A DNA stretch of 55,960 nt, from the NCBI RefSeq assembly GCF_001194135.2, contig NC_068983.1:158711548-158767507 (forward strand), written 5' to 3'. Below the pieces are notes generated by a model, which searched no databases, was not told the DNA's origin, and saw nothing but the letters and a program-made list of their open reading frames with translations. Numbering within the stretch: the stretch's first letter is position 1; every line of letters starts with the position of its first letter. Shown here one piece after another: positions 50,325 through 55,960 of the stretch. The stretch is from Octopus bimaculoides (taxonomy: Eukaryota). A program made the position numbers and the translations under genes.

Positions 50325-51551
50325 TGTATGTATGTATGTATGTATTATGCATGCATGTATGTATGTATGTATGTATGTATGTATATATGTATGTATGTAT
50401 GTACGTATATATGTGTATATGAGGTGTTTTCATGCTGATCAAAAAGAGAATTTAGTGAAATGATGGACATTCTTCACGTAAAGGTACTGGTCATATTGGG
50501 TTGGTGCATTATTATTGCGGCTTTTTTCCAATAAATTTTATTCAACAAAAACACCTTTAAATGACGGTCTGACCGTCTGCCAAGCAAATGGGGAGTAGGA
50601 GCAGTAATTGAAGTAGATGGTGAATATGCTCCGGAATAATCATTTAAAGATGTTTTGGCTACATGTTGTTATTGTTTTTGCACATAATATTGTTCTAGAG
50701 AATGTTTAAGAAAACATAAGAAAATTATGAGTTTGTTTTAAAATTTGAGATTATATAGACAGTGTTTTACGCAGGATATCGGCACTATCATTTGAATTTC
50801 TGCCCTTTTGGGGTTACCTGGTATCTGAGCTAGGTAGGAATCAGCCCCTTTTGCTATCATTCCTAGGACACTTATGACAACAGGTATTGTTTTAGTCTTG
50901 AGGTTCCACATTTTGCCAATTTCTATTTCAAGATCTTTATACTTGCTCGGTTTTTGGTAGGTATTGACAGTTTGAATGGTGAAATTCCAGAGGAGTTGGA
51001 TGTATGTGATCGTTTTCAAGCACTGGAGGTGGTTTGTGTCCCCAACAGTTTTTATCATGGGGCAGGTCTGGATTTTTGCAAATTACCCAGTGAATATATT
51101 GTCTGTTGAGATACTCTGTAGGAGCAAGAAGACTGCTCATGGAGACAACATGACCAATGGTTTCATTTTGTTGTTTACATACACGACATGTTGGGCTACT
51201 GCTGTTCTTTAATATGTTGGCCTGGTAGTTTCTTATAGGTAGGCATTGATCCTGGGCTGCTATGATAAACCCTTCTGTTTCTGATTTTAAGCCAGAAGAC
51301 ACTAATCATTGATGGTTAAGGGCTTTGTCAACATCGGCACTATTAGCTCCCTATGGGTATTTTTCATTGAGAGGTTTTTCTTGCCATTCATCAGTAAGAA
51401 TATCTAAGGCAGCAGTTTTAGTACGGGTTTTCATACGCTTAGCTTTTTCTGTGCTTGCTTCTAGTACGTCTAATTTTAGAATTCCTTTGCCTGTTTTGCT
51501 ACTGAGTATGATGCTTCCTTGTTTTCATGCTTTGAGACCAGTTTTAACACC

Positions 51552-51602
<51 letters not shown>

Positions 51603-52653
51603 GGCGGCGAGCTAGCAGAAATGTTAGCAGGCCGGGCGAAATGCTTAGCAGTATTTCGCCTGTCTTTATGCTCTGAGTTCAAATTCCGCCGAGATTGACT
51701 TTGCCTTTCATCCTTTCGGGGTCGATAAGTTAAGTACCAGTTGCATTCTGAAGTCGATCTAATCGACTGAGCCTCTCCCCCCATATTTCGGACTTTGTGC
51801 CTAGAGTAGAAAAGATTATTATCATTATTATTACTGGCGAATCGTTAGCACGCTGGATGAATCGTTAGCACGCAGAATCGTTAGCACGCTGGATGCAATG
51901 TTTGGCGGTATTTCGCCCATCGCTATGTTCTGAGTTCAAATTCCGCCGAGGTCGACTTTACCTTTCATCTTTTCGAGGTCGATATATTAAGTACCAGTTG
52001 CGTATTGGGGTCGATGTAATCGACTAGTCCCGTCCCCACAAATTTCAGACCTTGTGCCTTCAGTAGAAAGAATTATTATTATTAGTATTATTATTACTAT
52101 TGTTGTTGTAATTACAGTTCTATGACAGTTTATTCATTGTTCTACTTATTTTCAGGCTGTACGAAAAACAATGAAGACCATTTGTAAATGTCATGGCGTG
52201 TCTGGAAGTTGCACCACGAAAACTTGTTGGCGTCAACTGGCAAACTTTCGGCGAGTTGGCTACTATTTGAAAAAGCGTTACTTTAAGAGTTTACATGTAA
52301 ACTTTCAGGAAGGCAAACTTGGTGAATGGAATGTGGCAAGCGGTCAGGGATTGTCCTTAGTATCTAAAACTGACTTAGTATATCTAGAAAAATCTCCCGA
52401 TTATTGCAAGCAAAATGTATCACTCGCTATAAAAGGTACACTTAACAGAGAGTGTAAACGACCAAACAAATCAGAAAAAATATCCAAATGGGAAAGAAGA
52501 AGCTGTCAACGGCTCTGTTTAAATTGTGGTTATCGAATAAAGCATTGGACTGAAGAGGTTCTAGTTAGCTGTCATTGTAAATTTCTCTGGTGTTGCGCTG
52601 TGAAGTGTAGAAAATGCTTAGAGAAAACGGACAAATACTCATGCCGAAAATAA
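41324..52653 (+). CDS. wnt8: Wnt8-subfamily ligand, spliced CDS lacking the signal-peptide exon: join(41324-41384,42762-42894,48286-48411,49567-49709,52156-52653)
   Basis: Exon phases chain 2/0/1/1/0 into one stop-free frame of 319 aa. Wnt8-diagnostic motifs: SVNKILMTGPK, ECRYQF..RWNCP, WLWSGCSDDV..SKQLIDSLEKGKDA, CKCHGVSGSC, and SKWERRSCQRLCLNCG (vertebrate Wnt8a has SRWERRSCGRLCTECG). 22 cysteines. Confidence 0.93.
42762..42894 (+). CDS. wnt8: Wnt8 exon (TYLMFSDIVASGEKKAAAECRYQFRLDRWNCPEESIMTQKSRLS)
   Basis: tttcag acceptor, G|gtaata donor, Wnt ECxxQFxxxRWNC motif. Too short to appear in the ORF track. Confidence 0.92.
43025..44800 (-). mobile_element. SINE family B split by the Tc1 insertion (tail 43025-43220, head 44615-44800)
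   Basis: Tail and head homologous to 17611-18126; the Tc1 sits in the internal microsatellite. Confidence 0.8.
43356..44610 (-). mobile_element. Tc1-family DNA transposon, DD34E transposase, degenerate
   Basis: HTH region, ILSDKSRF, VMVWGTI, EDKSPCH and SPDMNPIEHLW motifs. TIRs acatgacagaagtaaatagaca / tgtctgtttatttctatcatgt, followed by TA at 44611. Confidence 0.93.
45070..45650 (+). mobile_element. Two partial retroposon family C copies
   Basis: Reverse complement of the 24475-24810 sequence. Confidence 0.75.
45670..46080. repeat. Compound trinucleotide microsatellite (ACT)(GCT)(AAT)(GAT)(AAC)
   Basis: Read directly; blocks stay in one register. Confidence 0.95.
48286..48411 (+). CDS. 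wnt8: Wnt8 exon (ATQEASFVQSILAAGIMHTLTRRCSLGHFSDCGCDDSKKGKR)
   Basis: ttacag acceptor, G|gtaatt donor, conserved E.SF...I..AG and CGCD motifs, phases compatible. Confidence 0.93.
49567..49709 (+). CDS. wnt8: Wnt8 exon (GGHNWLWSGCSDDVRFSARVSKQLIDSLEKGKDALASMKLHNNEVGRM)
   Basis: ttttag acceptor and HNNxxGR motif; ends at a non-canonical G|gcaagt donor. Confidence 0.9.
49912..50290 (-). mobile_element. 3' fragment of the (CATA)n-associated RLE family, in the last wnt8 intron
   Basis: Matches 2828-3175 (gagaaagaaccggtttctaacctagatccaag; ttctggttttgagaaacct). Confidence 0.88.
50700..51552 (-). mobile_element. 5'-truncated Dong/R4-type element in the last wnt8 intron
   Basis: SSGLKSETEGFIIAAQDQ..CRVCKQQNETIGH..KYKDLEIEIGKMW; the 5' end abuts (ATT)n. 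Confidence 0.9.
51601..52072 (+). mobile_element. Two tandem SINE family A copies
   Basis: Full A/B boxes; the second copy has a triplicated A-box. Confidence 0.9.
52156..52653 (+). CDS. wnt8: Wnt8 last coding exon (AVRKTMKTICKCHGVSGSC...DKYSCRK*)
   Basis: tttcag acceptor. Contains the CHGVSGSC lipidation-Ser motif, LVYLEKSPDYC, the C-terminal CxCxFxWCCxVxCxxC, and a TAA stop. Confidence 0.96.
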   Translation, partial: AVRKTMKTICKCHGVSGSCTTKTCWRQLANFRRVGYYLKKRYFKSLHVNFQEGKLGEWNVASGQGLSLVSKTDLVYLEKSPDYCKQNVSLAIKGTLNRECKRPNKSEKISKWERRSCQRLCLNCGYRIKHWTEEVLVSCHCKFLWCCAVKCRKCLEKTDKYSCRK

Positions 52654-52660
52654 ACCAATC

Positions 52661-52738
52661 ACCTCTCTCTCTCTTTCACTTTCTCTTTCTCTCACTCTCT
52701 CTCTCTCACCCTCTCTCTCTCTCTCCCTCTCTCCTTCT

Positions 52739-52776
<38 letters not shown>

Positions 52777-52823
52777 GCATACATAAATACACGCACATGC
52801 ATATAAGTACACATATATGCGTG

Positions 52824-52892
<69 letters not shown>

Positions 52893-53180
52893 ATGTGTAT
52901 ATGTATGTGTGTGTATATATATATATATACATATATATAGTTTTAGGGAAAAGAACCAAGGTTCATGAAAATTTTAATTGAGTTTTTACCTATAATTTTG
53001 GATTTTGTCCCTAATATTATTATTATATATACACATATATATGCATGCATGTATAAACATGTGTGCGTGTATGTATGTATACACATACACATACACACAT
53101 GCAAGCACGCACACACACACATATATATATAACACGCCCATATACACATCATACTCACACGTCTACAGACACACAGATGC
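52661..53180. repeat. (CT)n/(TA)n/(TG)n/(CA)n microsatellite block in the presumptive wnt8 3' UTR
   Basis: Read directly. Confidence 0.9.
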
Positions 53181-53358
53181 ACTGTTTCTCCGTGACAACC
53201 ATTATTTTTTAAACTCTCCTCCAGTTATTCTCCAGTATAAACCCTGCCTGTCTTATGAATCCTTCTCATCTCCACGTTTTACTTTTTCTGTTTTTAACCT
53301 CACCATTTTAAACCACTTAGAATCTTTATACTGACGTGTTTTCCTTGGACACTTGAGG

Positions 53359-53364
53359 AATAAA
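53359..53364 (+). terminator. Candidate polyadenylation signal for wnt8
   Basis: AATAAA about 700 nt downstream of the stop. Another AATAAA overlaps the stop codon at 52649-52654. Confidence 0.3.
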
Positions 53365-55011
53365 AATCGATAGTACAATTCCATATATTAGTCATATCGA
53401 TTGAATATTCGAATTTTGTGAGTATGATATACAGGAAAACAATAAGAATTTTTTCATATATGGAGATATTTTCTGGAAGAAAATACCTGGAGTTGGACCG
53501 TTTCTTAGTTTCCAAAAACGAGATGCTTTAGAAACTCCTGCTACAATTACATAGTAATGTGTTTTAAGTAAACATATCTGTGTTGTTTTTCCTTGAATTA
53601 TATATGGCATTAACAAGATAATTTTGGAGCTCCCAATAGCATCTTTAGAGTATATTTATAACATTTACTTTTACCCCGCGTTTTTTGAGTGTGTCAGTAT
53701 CCGGTCATTAACTGGTGTCTTTTTCCTAAATATGTATATTATCCCAGTTGTCTTCTCACTGACAAGTACCAGCCTCGCACCCGTCAGAATATTAAGCGAA
53801 CGTCTTTTTTGTCAGCCCACCCTTTCGTTATTGATGAAATGGCAAAAATCAATTTTGCTCCATATAATTATTATTTCTTCAAGAAGGTGTTTGACAAGTT
53901 AAAAAAGTTAGAAACCACCTAAATTCTATTGAACATGGTAATTTCTCCACCCTTTTCCAGTTTCCACAGCCCCTATGACCACTACTACCACCAAGGTGTC
54001 TGAGAAACATTGCATTATTACCATTATTCGAAGTAGGCTTCTTTATTTTTAAGCAAAGGTTAGTGACAACTTATCCACTAAGCTCCCTGATCAACCCGAA
54101 ACAATGCATTTATTTAGGGATAAGACACTTGATGATTACCAGCGGCAATCGAAACTGGTGTAAAAGGTATGTTAAATATAAACCTATTAAAGATGAGATT
54201 GAGAGTCTAAAAAATGATCGTCTTAACAAAAGTTTATCTCAGAACTTTAGACATTTAATCAATATGTAACACAATCTTTAATTTTGAAATATTTATTCCA
54301 GATGGCGATTATTTCTTCTTTTTTTTTTTTTTCAAACAGGTATATAATGTGGAAACAATTTGTTTTCTTTTTCCTACCTTGATAATGATATTAAACAGGA
54401 TGTGTTATCGTTTGGCAGAGATAGTTTATGTGTACTCATTATAAATGTTTGTAATTTCAGTTTGCATGTTATAACTATAAACTTCTTCTACGATCCTAGT
54501 TTAGCATGATGTTAAAAAAAGTGTTGCTTTCTTCTTTTCTATTTTTCAGCACTTCATCTCACAAAGTTGCGTTTACATATCTATTTATCCAAAGTTTTTC
54601 CCTTTCTCTCAAGATTTTTATTTCTTCTTGCAACATACGACACATTAATTACTAAAGATAATATTGTTTCATATTTTTCTTCGCAAAAATTTACATTCCA
54701 TTATCATCTAAACTGACAACTGTTATTTTGCTACTGATGTTCTGTTGTGTGAATTGCCAAGATACTTAACCGATATAACCCAGTTAGTTAGTTAACTGTT
54801 AATACTATTACTTAATTGTAAATAGGTGAAACGAATACAAAATCTATGTAATTTCTAGATTTCAATGCTGCTAATGTTGCTTAGAGAAGGATAGACCAAG
54901 TCAAGGTGACTTACTTTTAGTACACTTCATGAAGACGATATCTTCATTAGTATTCTGAACATCCGATGGTTCACTAACATACTTGAGTAATAAATACTCC
55001 GCATGCATGTT

Positions 55012-55388
55012 GTTGGCACTCCGTCGCTTACGACGACGAGGGTTCCAGTTGATCCGATCAACGGAACAGCCTGCTCGTGAAATTAATGTGCAAGTGGCTG
55101 AGCACTCCACAGACACGTGTACCCTTAACGTAGTTCTCGAGGATATTCAGCGTGACAGTGTGACAAGGCTGGCCCTTTGAAATACAGGTACAACAGAAAC
55201 AAAAAGTAAGAGGGAGAGAAAGTTGTGGTGAAAGAATACAGCAGGGTTCGCCACCATCCCCTGCCGGAGCCTCGTGGAGCTTTAGGCGTTTTCGCTCAAT
55301 AAACACTCACAACGCCCGGTCTGGGAATCGAAACCGCGATCCTATGACCGCGAGTCCGCTACCCTAACCACTGGGCCATTGCGCCTCC
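55012..55388 (-). mobile_element. tRNA-Arg(TCG)-derived SINE
   Basis: Head GGAGGCGCAATGGCCCAGTGGTTAGG..GACTCGCGG..GGTTTCGATTCCCAG, followed by about 300 bp of non-tRNA body. Confidence 0.85.
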
Positions 55389-55424
55389 ACTACTCCGCAT
55401 ACAGACACAGGCCATAAGTTTCAG

Positions 55425-55585
55425 CATGTCTGTCTTTACGTTCTGAGTTCAAATTCCGCCGAGGTCGACTTTACCTTTCAGCCTTTCGGGGTCGATAAAT
55501 TAAGTACCAGTTGCGTACTGAGGTCGATCTAATCGACTGGGCCCCTCCCCAAAAATTTCGGGCCTTGTGCCTAGAGTAGAAAAAA
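55425..55585 (+). mobile_element. SINE family A (5'-truncated)
   Basis: B-box and family body. Confidence 0.85.
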
Positions 55586-55659
55586 AAACAATTTCGTCAT
55601 AGCTGTGTTCGACAAGAAATTATCTAAGTTAACACAGTTACATCACGTGATACATGAAA

Positions 55660-55862
55660 TACGAAGAGTGCTGAAAAGTTTCTGGCTTTGGGTAAAAGAA
55701 AATACAGAAGGATCAGTTAATTATTCAACATATTCCCCTCTCAGATTCACATACTTATTGCAGCCGTAGTTCAGTTTTCCTAAGTCCTGTAATAGGTTGA
55801 GCCTCCAACTAGGTCTTTCGCAATACCCTTAAAGCCAGGAACTTTTCAACAACCCCTCGCAT
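55660..55862. mobile_element. Mariner-type MITE, about 200 bp
   Basis: About 30-bp imperfect TIRs tacgaagagtgctgaaaagtttctggcttt / aaagccaggaacttttcaacaacccctcgca, TA-type ends, no ORF. Confidence 0.75.
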
Positions 55863-55894
55863 AGAGAGAAAGAGAGAGAGAAAGAGAAAGAGAA

Positions 55895-55960
<66 letters not shown>

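Noticed and set aside
52171-52653. Wnt9 assignment (WRQLxxF resembles Wnt9)
   Set aside because: SVNxxLxTGPK, DSLEKGKDA and SKWERRSCxRLC match Wnt8 and not Wnt9.
534-53334. YIYI, CVCV, MYVC, poly-L, poly-I and poly-T ORFs
   Set aside because: These are translations of microsatellites.
55315-55388. tRNA-Arg gene
   Set aside because: It lacks a proper acceptor stem and continues into a SINE body.

Overview
AT-rich, gap-ridden animal genomic DNA. The repeat landscape (dense (TA)n/(CATA)n/(TAA)n microsatellites, tRNA-derived SINE families, RLE and RTE LINEs) points to an octopus; this is an inference, no search was run. The only host gene I can support is a + strand Wnt8 orthologue. Five coding exons at 41324-52653 splice into one frame of 319 aa with 22 Cys. 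The last intron needs a GC-AG donor, and the signal-peptide exon is unresolved. The rest is mostly transposon debris: eleven minus-strand R4/Dong-type RLE retrotransposon pieces (one near full length), RTE, CR1/Jockey-like and Tx1-like LINE fragments, a Penelope GIY-YIG remnant, a Tc1 with TIRs, a hAT (Buster/Charlie) deletion derivative, a mariner MITE and many SINEs. Two things stand out. First, there are six Penelope-type minimal hammerhead-ribozyme motifs, two of them forming a head-to-head pair in a 91-nt palindrome. Second, two RLE lineages sit in different microsatellites, (TAA)n versus (CATA)n, which suggests a target-site switch.
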